NCBI GenBank assembly: GCA_964016885.1
Contig: OZ024751.1
Location: 27,838,001 to 27,902,000, forward strand
Direction of reading: 5' to 3'
DNA: 64,000 bases
Source of the DNA: Eledone cirrhosa
Taxonomy: Eukaryota
In this document: positions 1-14,900 of the stretch, in pieces
Numbering within the stretch: the stretch's first letter is position 1
Layout: the number at the start of each line of letters is the position of its first letter
Translations under genes and position numbers: made by a program
The notes under the pieces: model-generated
The model's input: the letters and a program-made list of their open reading frames with translations, nothing else
Databases searched by the model: none
What the model was told of the DNA's origin: nothing

Positions 1-242
1 TAATAAAATTCTATATTTGCTGTTGTCTTTTTAGTTTACTTAGCAATATTTAATGTCTACTATCATATCAGAACAGACATATTTATAGGTTTTAAAAGAA
101 AAATATCAAATTTTTCTGTTAATAAAATTGTCAAAAAAATCTTTGTGATCTGATCATTATTGAGTTCACATAGAAAATATGAACAACTTCACACAGTTGG
201 AGTCTTCTTATCATGCACTGTTGCTAATGGTTGTTTGGGCGG

Positions 243-586
<344 letters not shown>

Positions 587-1229
587 TTCGTCGTCTTCTT
601 AGTATAGGTTAGTAATAAAATATAGAATAATTTTAGTAAATTCCTCAAAATTCTTAATTGATGAATTAATTAATTGTAATAGAGTGTCTGTTGTTTGAAA
701 TACAGTCAGAAACGAATTAAATGTCCTTCCTGCTCTTTGAATCTTACTGGAGTTTGTTTGTTTGTTCTGACAACACATACACAGTGTCTCTCTCTCTTAA
801 TATCACATCACATGCTTCTTCGACTTGAAGCTGCAAGAAAATGGTGTACTCTTATGATTCTCACATAAAACCTGTGTATATTTGAATGTACTGTGATTAA
901 ATGGTAGTAGTAGTAGTGGTGGTAGTATTAGAGAAGACACAGCAGTGTTACTACTGCCTTAAAGTAATAATGTAAATTTATTGATTGCTTTGATTCTGTG
1001 ACAGGTGTATTGTTTCTGGTGTAATAATCTGATGACTTTTTCTGTCTACCTTTCTATATGAAAAATGGGAAAATGAAAAATGAAATACTTAGTTTCTTAC
1101 TGATCTCATACATATAACCAATTTAACCCTTTCAATACGAAACCTTTTAAAAATCAGTAAAGGTAGAATTTGAAGAAGATTTGGCTACTACTTCTAGCAA
1201 GCCAAGCATCTTCATTAGAGGATCTGTTG

Positions 1230-1424
1230 GCATTTAAACTGGCTGTCTGGCCAGAATTATCTCACCTCTTTCTCTTCCAACTGGCTGCCGATACTTATGT
1301 TAAGGCATTGTTCTCAAAATAAATAATGTCAAAATCTCATAGATTTGATATGTGAGATAATTATTTGAAATAAAGTGTTTACTGTGAAAATACAATAATA
1401 ATTATAGAGTAATGTAAAGGTTAA
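1230..1424. mobile_element. piggyBac-like MITE family 2, partial
   Basis: Body similar to 56768-56985 (ggccagaatt.tc.acctcttt...ctcatagatt), ends aaagg-TTAA. Confidence 0.5.
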
Positions 1425-1654
1425 GAGATAGCTGTTAACCCTTTCTATACCAGACTGTTTGAAACCGTCTTTGGTGCTACAATGTAAAGCTGTTTATCTG
1501 CAAGAGTAGCTATATCAGCATGCCTCCCCCGCTATCCTCCAGGGCAACATATTTTTCAATAATGTCTGCTGAGTCCATGAGGTGGCATGTGTCTGGCATT
1601 CTGCACACCAGAAAGCGTTCTCCTATACCGTCTAAAAAAAGTCTAAAGTGTGTC

Positions 1655-1925
1655 TCGAGCCCGGAGGCTCATCACTCCAGTGATTATACCAGTTTCCATA
1701 GCATTAAGTGACTGAGAGTACAAGACTCTTCCCCTAGACAGGACGCCAGTCCATCATGGGGTTAAACTCCCAGCTACTGCTAGTACTTTTTTCATCTGAG
1801 TATACTGGAGCAACATGAAATAAAGTGTTTTGTTCAAGAACACAACACACAACTTAGTCCACAAATTGAATCGACAGGGTTATGATTGTAAGCCCAACAC
1901 ATTACTAAGCCACGCACCTCCACAC
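1655..1925 (-). mobile_element. tRNA-derived SINE with CORE-like domain
   Basis: Reverse strand: A-box-like tggcttagtaa, B-box-like tcgattcaattt, tgtgttcttgaacaaaacacttt core; same family as 48070-48310. Confidence 0.75.
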
Positions 1926-2196
1926 CTACACTGTCTTTGCTTGTATTATTGGGGTTAGCAATGTTGTAGGTTGCTGACATCTATCCACACACATGCAATA
2001 AAATTATCTACTGAATTCTTCAGTATGAAATATTTATAGTTATCCATAAACTTTTCATTTTATGTAAGACCCTTTAAGTTCCATTCTAAATTCTTCCAAA
2101 TTCTTGATTATTTTCTCAATTATTTGAAAATTATAGGTAGTGCCCTTAATTTTTTTTTTTTTTTTTCATAGTAATAAAAAGATTAAAGGGTATTAA

Positions 2197-2338
2197 TACA
2201 TATTGGTTGTGAGTTCTCTGACAGAATCAGTATTACATATTGGTTGTGAGTTCTCTGACAGAATCAGTATTACATATTGGTTGTGAGTTCTCTGACAGAA
2301 TCAGTATTACATATTGGTTGTGAGTTCTGTGACAGAAT
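2197..2338. repeat. 37-bp tandem repeat, about 4 copies
   Basis: tattggttgtgagttctctgacagaatcagtattaca recurs at 2201, 2238, 2275 and 2312. Confidence 0.92.
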
Positions 2339-2629
2339 TGTTAGTACATTGAACAAGATACCTAGCAGTAATTAGTTACAGCATTTTATGATCTTTGTTC
2401 AAATTCTATCAACATCAATTTTTGGCAGAACTGATGGAGTGTTGGACCAAAATCTTTATAGTATTTGTTCTGACACTTTATGGGCTGAGTTCAAATCATG
2501 GCAAGATCAACTTCACCTTTCACCCTTCCAAAGTAGATAAAATCAGTCAAGTATTGGGGTTGTTTTAATCAACTTTGCCCTGCATGCTTTTATTGACAAA
2601 ATGACCATCCCTGAGCATAACAATTCTGA

Positions 2630-2897
2630 TACTAATATACTGGAAAGGGTGGGTAGAAATTCTATGAGGTGTAGCCTGTGGGATCAGTGGATGTTTGAGG
2701 GATATAGTAGGATCACAGGTTGGCTAACAGAGAAGGTAAATGTCATGTCATATGTGACAGGTGCACATGAGTAGTCAGCAGTAAGGGCACTTGGGGAAAT
2801 GAACTTTCTCAAATGCTCAGAAGACTCATTAGAAGTAGTAGATAGCTTTTGCTATCTAGGGGATCTCATTAACAATGGAGGTGGTTGTATCGAAAGA
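2630..2897 (+). mobile_element. RTE LINE fragment (post-RT region), decayed
   Basis: Translates LEVVDSFCYLGDLINNGGGCIE, matching IEVVDSFRYLGDQISMGGG of the LINE at about 29860-29915. Confidence 0.7.
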
Positions 2898-5774
2898 GGA
2901 GAGAAGCAGAGATGGGGGAGGAGGGGGAAGGTGAGAAACTGATGGTAGGGGGTCATTGGAGGGAGATATGGAGTGGGGGGGGGGGTGTGCAGCAATTATC
3001 TAAGAATCTTCAAATCTCAACTAATTACCCAGCTTTTTTTTTTTATTGAATTGATTTAAGAAACAAAATTAACTGGTTTTAATTTTTTGTATAAGGAAAC
3101 AAAAAGAGTGAAAAAAAAAAATCAATATTTAGTGAACTGAAGCCAATATTTTATTAGAATTTCTTCTGTTGTCATAACAGCTAAGCTATCCAATTATTTA
3201 TTCTCCGGATATCTGAAGACAAAAGCAAAAAAAAAAAAATGTAATATAAAAATACACGAAAAAGAATTTTAAGAAAAATGTTAGGATTTGGCCTTGAAAT
3301 TTCAATTATTTGCTAGAAAGACAATTAATGAACTCTGTTATGTTTATTATTATTATTTTTTTTTATTTTTTAAAGAAACTAATTAAATGTTATTTTATAG
3401 TTGAGTAGAATGTTTTAGAGAACAGCTAAATATATGATGTTAAAACTGACCAATTCTTCAACATGACAGGTGGGATGGCATTTCATCTTCATTGCTTAAT
3501 TCTTTTGGGACAATATTTCTAAATGGAATACATTGTATTCCAATTTATTAATGAAGAATTTGGATGGTTCTACATAAAATTATTAACCCTTTCATTACTA
3601 TAGTTCTAATGAAAGACTGCTAATAATTTCAAATAAGTTTAGAAATAAAAAATCTGAAGGGCTTTTGTGATATTTACTTTCTCATTATTCAGCAGGTGTT
3701 TAGAACATAGCTTAACAAAGGTTCTTACATAAAATTATGATGCAATATTTCTAGATAAATATATACACTTTAACTCTATCATGACCATATTTCAGTTAAT
3801 TATTGAAGAATTTTGAGGGATTTACTAGAATTATTATTTCAGTACTAAATTAACTAAGACCACAGTTGAACATTCCTGACAAAATCTCTCCACAATTCAC
3901 GATTTTCTATTGCTCCTTACCAAGGTTTATATCATCTGAGAGATGATCAATGAAAATAGTAACTTAAAATATGGTTCTTATATTATATTGGAAAATTTTT
4001 TAAATTTAAATAGGAACCCTTTAAAATGGGTAATTTTGTTTCATCAAACTAGAACCGAGTTAGTATAAGAAAAGGCCAAAATAAATGGCTTTGTATCAAA
4101 GAAACAAGGATGACTTCAGGCAGTTTGATATCAAAAGGCTTAATATTCTCTGTAATGCTACTATTTTAAGAGTCTTTTAGTTCATGACAACATTCTTTTA
4201 ATGTAATCTTTTTTTTATTTAGTTTCATTTTAGATTTATTTTTATTTTTATTTTTTCCAGAATATATTTCACATGTGGTGTACATTACTAGAGGAATTAA
4301 ACAACGTAGCATTTCATCTTACTTGTAGTAAGTATTTAAAAAATACATTTTTTTTATTGATTTCATATCACTTGTAAGTGAAACATTACACATGATAAAA
4401 TCCTTCATTATTCACAGGTCTTCGTATAAGAAGGTGCGTGGCTTAGTGGGTAGGGAATTGAATTTTTATTTTGTGTGGTTGCGGGTTCGATACCCGGACT
4501 GGGGGGGGGGGGGGGGGGAGGGGGGGGTTTATGTCCTTGAGCAAGACACTTTATTTCACATTGCTCCTTCTGCCAGGAGTTGCGACAGGTAGATAGTATC
4601 AGCAATGGAAAGGTCAATAGAAACATTGTTTCCTTGGTCTAATTTGATGAGTTTCACCCCAATTGGTAACTAAATGAGGTCTGGGAACTTGTTGATGGAT
4701 GTGATAAATGATATAAGATCAATGAAGGTGATTGGCCTAGAGGTTAGGGTGTTGAACTTGTAATCATAAGGTCATGGGTTTGATTCCTGAACAAGGCAGA
4801 GCATCATGTTCTTGAGTAAAATGCGTCATTTCATGTTGCTTTTCATGATATGATTGGTGCCCTTATCATTAAAACACGAGAAACCTCCTATGAGGTAAAA
4901 ATTCATAGGAGGCCAGCTAAATCTGCATAGGTGTGAGCTGTAAATTTCATTTTTTTTTTTTTGGCGGGGGTTTTCTTTTATTCTATATAAGGTGACATTC
5001 ATCTGTAGAAACAGAACAAATATCACATGTTATAAGATATTGGGCTATATAATCTCAGAAATATTGTATATCTTTTTTTCTTTTACTGGTATCAGTCATT
5101 AGACTGTGGCCATGCTGGGGCAGCACCACCTTTATTGACTTACTATTTTTTTTCAAGCCTTATTTTATTGTCTTCTATTTGTGTCCTGTAAATTACTGGT
5201 TCAACAAACACAGGCACAGACATACACACACAACAGGTGCATACACACACAATGGAATTCTGCAGTTTCTGTCTACCAAATTCCACTCATATTACATTGA
5301 TCAATACAAAGTTTTAGTAAAAGACACTTGTCCAAGGTACCACACAGTGGGACTGAACTGGAAACCATGTGGTTGTGAAGCAGACTCCTTAACTACACAG
5401 CTACATCTGTACCTATTACACAAGTATCTTATCCAATGGAAGACTTGTCTTCTATTTAACAATGGTGTTTTGGTATCAAAACAGTTAGATACACCATGGT
5501 TCGATTAGTAATCTCTTGACCAGTCTTCAAGTGGATGCCTCTTGATTGCCAAACCATCTAAAACTGGTTCGATGATACAAAACTGCCTCTCTTATCATCA
5601 CCATCATTGTTGTTTTATGTCTGTTTTCCATGTTTGTATGGGTTAGATGGGCTGTCCCGTTCTGAGGCCAGACATGCCAGGTGGCTGTGTCTTGCCTATA
5701 CATTCCATTTTTGGCATGGTTTCTGTGGCTTGATGTCCTTCCCAATACCAACCATTTCACTGTGTGTACCGGGT

Positions 5775-6952
5775 GCATTTTATTGTGGCACCATCACTAC
5801 CACTTTACGGACTGGACTGTGTGCATTTTATTGTGGCACCATCACTACACTTTACGGACTGGACTGTGTGCATTTTATTGTGGCACCATCACTACACTTT
5901 ACGGACTGGACTGTGTGCATTTTATTGTGGCACCATCACTACACTTTACGGACTGGACTGTGTGCATTTTATTGTGGCACCATCACTACACTTTACGGAC
6001 TGGACTGTGTGCATTTTATTGTGGCACCATCACTACACTTTACGGACTGGACTGTGTGCATTTTATTGTGGCACCATCACTACACTTTACGGACTGGACT
6101 GTGTGCATTTTATTGTGGCACCATCACTACCACTTTACGGACTGGACTGTGTGCATTTTATTGTAACACCATCACTACACTTTACGAACTGGACTGTGTG
6201 CATTTTATTGTGGCACCATCACTACACTTTACGGACTGGACTGTGTGCATTTTATTGTGGCACCATCACTACACTTTACGGACTGGACTGTGTGCATTTT
6301 ATTGTGGCACCATCACTACACTTTACGGACTGGACTGTGTGCATTTTATTGTGGCACCATCACTACACTTTACGGACTGGACTGTGTGCATTTTATTGTG
6401 GCACCATCACTACACTTTACGGACTGGACTGTGTGCATTTTATTGTGGCACCATCACTACACTTTACGGACTGGACTGTGTGCAACGGACTGGACTGTGT
6501 GCATTTTATTGTAACACCATCACTACACTTTACGGACTGGACTGTGTGCATTTTATTGTAACACCATCACTACCACTTTACGGACTGGACTGTGTGCATT
6601 TTATTGTGGCACCAGCACTACACTTTACGGACTGGACTGTGTGCATTTTATTGTAACACCATCACTACCACTTTACGGACTGGACTGTGTGCATTTTATT
6701 GTGGCACCAGCACTACCACTTTACGAACTGGACTGTGTGCATTTTATTGTGGCACCAGCACTACCACTTTACGAACTGGACTGTGTGCATTTTATTGTGG
6801 CACCAGCACTACCACTTTACGGACTGGACTGTGTGCATTTTATTGTGGCACCATCACTACCACTTTACAGAGTGGGCTGTGTGCTTTTATTGTGGCACCA
6901 GCACTACCACTTTAGAGTTCATTGAGTGTATTTTATTGTGGCACCAGCACTA
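5775..6952 (-). repeat. 47/48-bp minisatellite (about 25 copies) derived from an RTE-5'UTR/SINE module
   Basis: Unit ttgtggcaccatcactacactttacggactggactgtgtgcatttta; preceded (5590-5775) by the reverse complement of the usual ggttgg..aggaagggcatc..gatgatg repeat end. Confidence 0.93.
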
Positions 6953-9475
6953 CGATTTTCGATATTAGGCCACTCGTGACCTTGGCCTAGCTGATGAGGC
7001 AGAGAAAGAAGTGGGTGGTATCTGAAAACTTTCCATCATAATTTTACATTTTACCTTCATGTCACCAGCTTGATAAGAAAGTTGGTTATTTTACTAAATC
7101 TCTTAAAATAATTTCAAAATTAAGAGATCATAGGTAATGTATTTCATTAGAAATATAAGAAAATAGTTACCTTATATACTCATATATAAACCGAGAAATA
7201 TGTGACTAAAATAAAATCGATGGTGAAATAGGGGGTTGGCCTGTATTTCAGGTCAATATTTTGCCTATTTTTGCCAGCTTCAAATTGAGATGCTAAAATA
7301 CTTTTGCTTTGGAGGTGAATATCACACTGCTTCCATTTTCGACATGAAATTCTTTTTTCCTGTTGTTTTTGATGCATTTTGAATGAATATGATCTTCAAA
7401 ATGGTCACAAATTAAAAAAAAAAACAAAACAAATTATTATGTAATGGAGTTCTGAAATAACATTTAAAACTTCACAAATATATTCTCATATGCAACATAT
7501 TTTCTTAGAAATTTGGTAACAAAAACATTAAATCATTTCAGAAAGAAACGGAAAAAATTTTTTTTTTTTCCCAGTTAATAAGATATTTAGATTATTACCA
7601 CTTAACATGTTTTTACTTGAATATTAATGTGGAAGAGATAATATTGATATGACGATATGAAGTATTGAGATGAAATTCCTTGGAGGAAAACCAGAAATAA
7701 CTTCCAGAAATAACCCAGCTTAAATTCTCTTAAATATGTCTGACTACGACTATAACTTGTAATATTCATTTGAAAACAAAACACACAAAAAAATCAACAA
7801 CATTTATATACAAGAGGCCTTGAAAAGCTGGCAGTATTATTTGTAGAATAACCACCTCTATAAGAGAAAGCTTTTATAAAATCTTTTATAGATATATATA
7901 TGTTTTTGTTTTCATAGCTAATTGCAATGTGCCTTTAAATAGATTTATTTTCTTTTCATCTCCACTATGAAAGTAAATACAAATTATTGATTTTTTTTTT
8001 TAACAAACTTTCTTTTACATTTTGTGTGTATTTCATTTTATTTTTATCTTAATTAGATTTTACTTTTCTTTAAAACAAACATTTTAATTAATGTTATTTC
8101 CATTCCAATAAGAAATGGTGCAGTAAGTGTATGGTATGGAGATAGGTATAATGGTTTTTACAGAGCAGAATAGAATAAGAATGCACTTAAAAAGAATGAC
8201 TAGAATTACTATAATCAAATTTTTATCCAAAAGAACACAAACAAGAGGTGGTAATATGATGTTAAGTAAAAGATAACAAAGAGTTTGGTAATATAATTCA
8301 GAGCTTTATCAATAACATATAACATTACTTGTGCTGCTGCTGGATATGTTTTTTCTTACAAGGAATAACAAAAAAAAAAAAAATGGTATTTGTATAAAAA
8401 TATTTATTATCTCGCTTAACCATTTTGTTATCACCATCACCATCACCATTGTCTAGCATTCATTTCCCCTGCTAGTAAAGGTTGAACCTGTTGTCACAAA
8501 CTGGTCAGTATTCAATCAGGGCCTCTAACCTCCAAGTGGGCTGGAGGCTCGGCATATGCTCCCATGCTCTACCTAGTGTATTTTATTGTGGTACCAACAC
8601 TAGGGAAGTTGTCATGTCCTTGACACAGCTGAAGAGTCCTTCAGACCTTTTGTTTGGCAGATGTTATATAGCTGGATGCCCTTCTCCCACCAGCAATTAC
8701 TTTACAAAGTAAAAGATGTTGCCTATGATTTTAAAATAATTTCAAAATTAACCAAGAATCTGGAAGAATTTAATAATATAACTAACTTTCTCATTATTAA
8801 GCTGGTGTTTTGAACATAACAAGGGTTCATATATCAAATTATGATGGAAGGTTTTTAGATAAATATAAGCATTTAAAACAAGCAGTTTTGTATCATAGAA
8901 ACCAGCAGGAAGTTTCAAGTAGTTTGATTATATAAATCCTGTTGAAGTCAACGAAGTTGATCTTTCTTCTCTCTTGCTATATTTATACCCCACTCTCTCT
9001 CTGGAAGAAATCAACTGGGGTTAAACCTTGAGAGGGATAGCTGCTACCAAGTTTTATAATGCCCAAGCCTTGTCAGTGAAATTAGGTAGGCAGAAACTGT
9101 GTGGAAGCCCATCAAATGGATTGTACCTGGAATTCAAAGGTCCAGCCATGCCACATATTGTGACATGCTGATTCAACTTAGGAATTATGTTAAGGTTTCA
9201 TGTGCCTGGAATACTCAACCACTTAGATATTAATTCATGAGGTGGATGTACAGTTGAATTAACAACTGGATATTCTTTGTAGAAAGTGAGGGAGTGTGTG
9301 TGAGAGAGAGAGTGTGTGTGTGTGTGCGCGAGGAAGAGAGTGTGTTTGAGGATGAGAGAGGAAGATTGAAGGTGTGTGTATGAGGAAGAGCGAGAGTGTG
9401 TATCAGAGAGAGGGAAAGGGAGAGAGAGAGAGAGATCCTTTGTTGCTAACAGTGCTGATAACTTTCACATTTTTT

Positions 9476-10600
9476 TACTGCAATATTACACCACCTCTCT
9501 ACACTACACTTTCTCACTACAATAGTATAGGTAGTTTTCTCCATGCCACCATCTAAACAGGTTCTACTGTAATATCACTTCATCATCTATACTTTCTCAC
9601 TACAATAGTATAGGTAGTTTTCTCCATGCCACCACCTAAACAGGTTCTACTGTAATATCACTTCATCATCTACACTTTCTCACTACAATAGTATAGGTAG
9701 TTTTCTCCATGCCACCATCTAAACAGGTTCTACTGTAATATCACTTCATCATCTATACTTTCTCACTACAATAGTATAGGTAGTTTTCTCCATGCCACCA
9801 TCTAAACAGGTTCTACTGTAATATCACTTCATCATCTATACTTTCTCACTACAATAGTATAGGTAGTTTTCTCCATGCCACCATCTAAACAGGTTCTACT
9901 GAAATATCACTTCATCTTCTATACTTTCTCACTATAACATAACTATAGTTCTCTCCATGTCACCATCTAAATACTGTAATATCACCTCATCTTCTATACT
10001 TTTTCACTATGATAATATAGCTACAGTTCTCTCCATGTCACCATCTAAATACTGTAATATCATCTCATCTATACTTTCTTACTATGATAACATAGCTACA
10101 GTTCTCTCCATGTCACCATCTAAATACTGTAATATCACCTCATCTTCTATACTTTCTTACTATGATAACATAGCTACAGTTCTCTCCATGTCACCATCTA
10201 AATACTGTAATATCACCTCATCTTCTATACTTTCTCACTATGATAATATAGCTACAGTTCTCTCCATGTCACCATCTAAATACTGTAATATCACCTCATC
10301 TTCTATACTTTCTCACTATGATAATATAGCTACAGTTCTCTCCATGTCACCATCTAAATACTGTAATATCACCTCATCTTCTATACTTTCTCACTATGAT
10401 AACATAGCTACAGTTCTCTCCATGTCACCATCTAAATACTGTAATATCACCTCATCATCTATACTTTCTCACTATGATAATATAGCTACAGTTCTCTCCA
10501 TGTCACCATCTAAATACTTTCCACTGTAATATCACTTCATCTCTTATATTATAGTTTCTCACTACAATAGCATAGCTACAGTTCTATCCATGTCACCTAA
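9476..10600. repeat. Two-phase minisatellite: about 5.5 x 83 bp, then about 8 x 78 bp
   Basis: ttctcac recurs 9511->9594 (83 bp); caccatctaaatactg recurs 9961->10039 (78 bp, giving the 26-aa repeat ORF). Confidence 0.92.
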
Positions 10601-12311
10601 ACAGCAGCAGGGAACCACTAGCAACCAATTAAGCTGAGCATGGACACCATTATGTGTGTGACTGCTGTGACGGCTGCTGCTGCCTTTAACTACTTTTTTA
10701 TACATCAACTAAACATTTGGTTCCCTGTTATTCCAACAGAGATCACACTGCATATCTTATATAACCATTGCTTGTACTTAAACCCTTCCATTGCCATATT
10801 GCTCATAAAGTACATTGTATTTAAATTAATCCTTTTGATACCAACATGCTTAAAACTGTGCCTATTTCTATGAAACAAAACACCCATTTTAAAGTGTTCT
10901 CATATAAATTAAAACATTGCAACATAATTTTATCTAAGAATATTTTGTTATATTACAAATGCCATTTTAATGAGACTATAATTTAAATAAATCCTTTCAA
11001 ATTCTTCATTAATTTATTAAGATACTTAGTATATAATTAGAAATATGGTAACAGATGGTTAGTTACTGAATAATTTGGAAGGGTTTATTAAAAATGTTTA
11101 CAGTTATTAAGATGGTACTTCTTATATAAAATGTCAGGAAGTTTTAATTTAAATCAGAACCATTTAAAATGGGTGGTTTTGTTCCATATAAAGAATTAGA
11201 AGCAGTATTGGGTGGATTAGTATTGAAATGTTTAAAACAATTCTCCCTTTCATTGTTTTTAGTCAAGCCAATTCTTAGATTAACTATTACATTACCATAT
11301 TTCACTGTCCTTTTGTTATTTTGAGTGAGGCTAATTTTTAGATTAACTCTTTTGTTACCATATTTTCAATGACACACTACTCCCTCTTCGTTTATTTTGA
11401 GTGAGGCCAATTCTAAGATGAACTCTTTCTTTACCATATTTCTAATGACAGATACCACTTATGATTTTCAAATAATTTTGAAAATAATCAAGAATTTGGA
11501 GGGATTTAATAAACTAACTTTCTCATTATTAAACTGATATTTGGAGTATAACTTAAAGGTTCTTACATAAAATTATGGTGAAAGGTTTTTATTTTTTAGA
11601 TAAATAAATATAAACGCTTTAAAATAAACAGCTTTGAATCATAGCACAAGGACAGGTTTTAGGCAGTTTTGGTATTAAAAAATGTTTAATAGTTCCCTGC
11701 TGTCTTGTCTTAACTAGTGCATTCTGTTGACTTTTAGGTTGTCTGACTGTAGAATAGTCTTTGAAGTCTGGAGCTTACATATATCACTTTACATTCCATC
11801 CTTCCTCAATAATAGTATGTGGCAATGTTACTTCTTTTTATTTGTACTTTTGCAGAAAGTATTGGAGCAATCATTTTTACAACTGCAAGCTAACTCCACC
11901 ATCATCATCATTATTGTCAATATCACCACAATTAACACCCCACCATCATCATCACCATAGAGACATAATAATGCAATAATTAATGTAATTATTGAATGTG
12001 AAAAAAAAATTTACAGCTCACATCTATGCAGGTTTAGCTGGCCCCATAAAAAGTTGGATCATGTTTCAGATGTTTTAATTATAGGAGCCCCGGTCCTATC
12101 AAGAAAATCATTGGGAAATGAAGTGTCTTGCTCAAGAACATAGCACACGGACTGGTGCAGGAATCTAACTCAAACATGTTAACCACATGCCTTTACTGAT
12201 GGTGAATGCATATACACATAGTTACCATCATCGTCATTATCATCATAAAAATAGAATATTTTACTCTAACTTGTTTCAGGATAATATTAACTATATATTT
12301 CATGGCAAGTT

Positions 12312-12559
12312 TTAACCCTATTGATACTAAACTGCCTGAAACTGCCTCTGATTCTATGATAATAAATACTTTGTTTTAAAGTGTTTATATTTATCTAAAA
12401 GCCTTCCTGTCATAGTTTTATGTAAGAACCTTTTTGTAAGTTATATTCCAAACAACAGCTTAATAATGAAAACGTTCTTCAAATTTTTCATTATTTTCAA
12501 AATTATTTGAAAATCATAGGCAATGTATTTCATTAGAAATATGAAAATGAAAGGGTTAA
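12312..12559 (+). mobile_element. piggyBac-like MITE family 1 (representative; many copies in the window)
   Basis: TTAA|CCC...AAAGGG|TTAA ends. The same ~250-bp body occurs at about 3585, 8720, 11420, 14020, 17590, 19074, 23465, 40330, 51620, 52100, 56510, 56745 and 58899. Confidence 0.75.
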
Positions 12560-14573
12560 TGGGGACCTGACAAAGCCTGCACTCTGATCCTATTTTGCAT
12601 AAAATCTATTTTTTTTTTAAAGGATGCATATTAAAAATATGTTTTGGAATTTTAATAAACTTCCATTAAAACAGAACCAAATTTACAAAAAATAGTTTTA
12701 AAATTTCAATAAGTCCTCCTTTTGATAAAGTTCCCTAACTGTTTTTATAGTAAATTGCCCGAAGCCATCCCTGGTTCTATGACACAAAGCCGTTTGTTTT
12801 AATTTTAAACCTTCCATTATAATTTTATGTAAGCAAATTTTGTTTAAATTATGTTTCATTCAGACATCAACTTAATGAGAAAATTAGTTATATTACTAAA
12901 CCTGTACAAATTTTGGGTATTTTCTAGATTATTTGAAAATCATAGATAATATATACATATATAATGACTGGAACTAATAAAAGACTAAAATAGTGCTTCA
13001 AAGAGTCAAGTTTCCAAATATTCGTCTCATTCCCCTTCCCCTTCAAATTATTCTACAGCAATTTTCATGTCACAAGACAACAAATCAGACAACTCCAGTT
13101 TACAAATCATAGTGAAATATTTCTCACAGCTGAATGTTGATCACCTCATGAGCTTTCTCGGTGTAGTTGTTTTCTAGTGTATTGTTAAGTCAAACCTGCA
13201 GTTCTTTTGTGTTTCATGACCTCAGTTTTCTTTTCAATTCAACACAGTAAATCAATATAATTTGTTTTCAATAAAACTCACTAAGTTTTTGCAGAATTTG
13301 AAATAGATCTTCACAAACGTTTATGATATGAATGCTCAATGCTGTCCACAAAAACCTGGCTTCAGCTGTGTTGCAGTTTCACAAACTAGAACTGGAGAGA
13401 GGTGAGATGGTGTATGTTGTTGGACCTCCATTGTTTTCAACAATGAGGTACTCCAGTCAATTCAATCAATGGAACTGCCTGCTTGTGTAGAATTGGCATG
13501 TAAGTGACTGAGTATTCCAGAAACACATGCACCTCTTAACATAGTTCTCAAGAAAATTCAGCATGTCAAGGCTGGTTCTATGAATTAGGTACAATTCATT
13601 TTTGCCAGCTGAGTTGACTGGAGCAATGTGAAATAAAGTGTCTTGCTCAAAGACAACTGTCCAGGAATTGAATTCGTGAGCTGAACATCCTAACCACTAA
13701 GCCCCATACCTTCATGGACGTTTGTTGTACATCAGTGATATACAAATGTGGTTTTTTTTTGGAGAAACTAATGAACAACTTAACTAAAACAGTTAGCTAA
13801 CAAGATATGTTTTCCCCTCCCCCCTAAAATGTTTGGCCCTGTTCCTAAATCAGAAACCATTATTTAGTTATGTTTGCTTTGTTTTAAGGGGCAGGGATTA
13901 TCAGTATTGATAGGGCGTTGGATGCCAAGGTCAACCCTCTGGGGTCAATAAAATAAAGTACCAGACCCAAAATTTCTAGCCTTATGCCTAAAATTCAAAA
14001 TTAATATCTCCAAGGAAAGACACTGCGTTTGATTTTCAAATAATTTTGAAGATGATCAAGGATTTGGAGGGATTTAGTAATATAACTAACTTTCTCATAA
14101 TTTTGTTAATGTTTGGAACATAACACAACAAAGGTTCTTGCATAAAATTGTGATGGGATGTTTTTAGATAAATATAAACATTTTAAAACAAACAGTTTTG
14201 TATCATAGAACAAAGGGCAGTTTCAGGCAATTTAATATCAAAAGGGTTAAATCAACCTTCTTTCTCTTGCCCCATTTATTGCAACGGAAGCTATTATGAA
14301 AGATTCTTGAATAGAGAATGAAGTAGGGAATAGACAGACAGACAGACAGGTAAGTAGATAGACAGACAGAATAGATAGATAGATAGATGGTGGTGAATTG
14401 GGCAATAAAAGAAGGAAATGTTTTTGTAGTGTTTCTCTGTATGTATGGTAGAGGAAGGGATGGGATGGGAGATCTGCCAGCCAGAATTGCTATACAGAAG
14501 GTGATATTGAGAAGGTTACTAGAGGAATGTCTAATATCTTTCTCTCTGAACCCCTCTCTCTACCCCCCCCCTC

Positions 14574-14625
<52 letters not shown>

Positions 14626-14861
14626 TTCCCTCCTGTTTTTCCCTCTTCCTCCCTTCTCATTCCAGAAGCCCTCTTCCTTCATCTGTTATAAATTACATTA
14701 AGATAGTTCCAACAATTCTGAAGTAGTATTTAAAAAAATATATATTAAGAGTTAGAATTGTTTTCATTATTTTATTTTATAAGTAAGCAGTCTTTTACTT
14801 AGGTAGGTGGGCTGCAAAAAAAAAGCTAACTAATTACTTTTTAGTGGATCTAATTTTTCAG

Positions 14862-14895
<34 letters not shown>

Positions 14896-14900
<5 letters not shown>

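Noticed and set aside
5607-6968. 349-aa Cys/His-rich ORF and CRISPR-like periodicity
   Set aside because: Head-to-tail minisatellite with no unique spacers; open in several frames; eukaryotic repeat context.
6985-7012. CTGATGA ggcaga GAAA hammerhead-like core
   Set aside because: No stem II, no UH after stem III, no stem I.
9957-10529. 190-aa repeat protein
   Set aside because: By-product of a 78-bp tandem unit; the adjacent 83-bp units break the frame; no splice signals identified.
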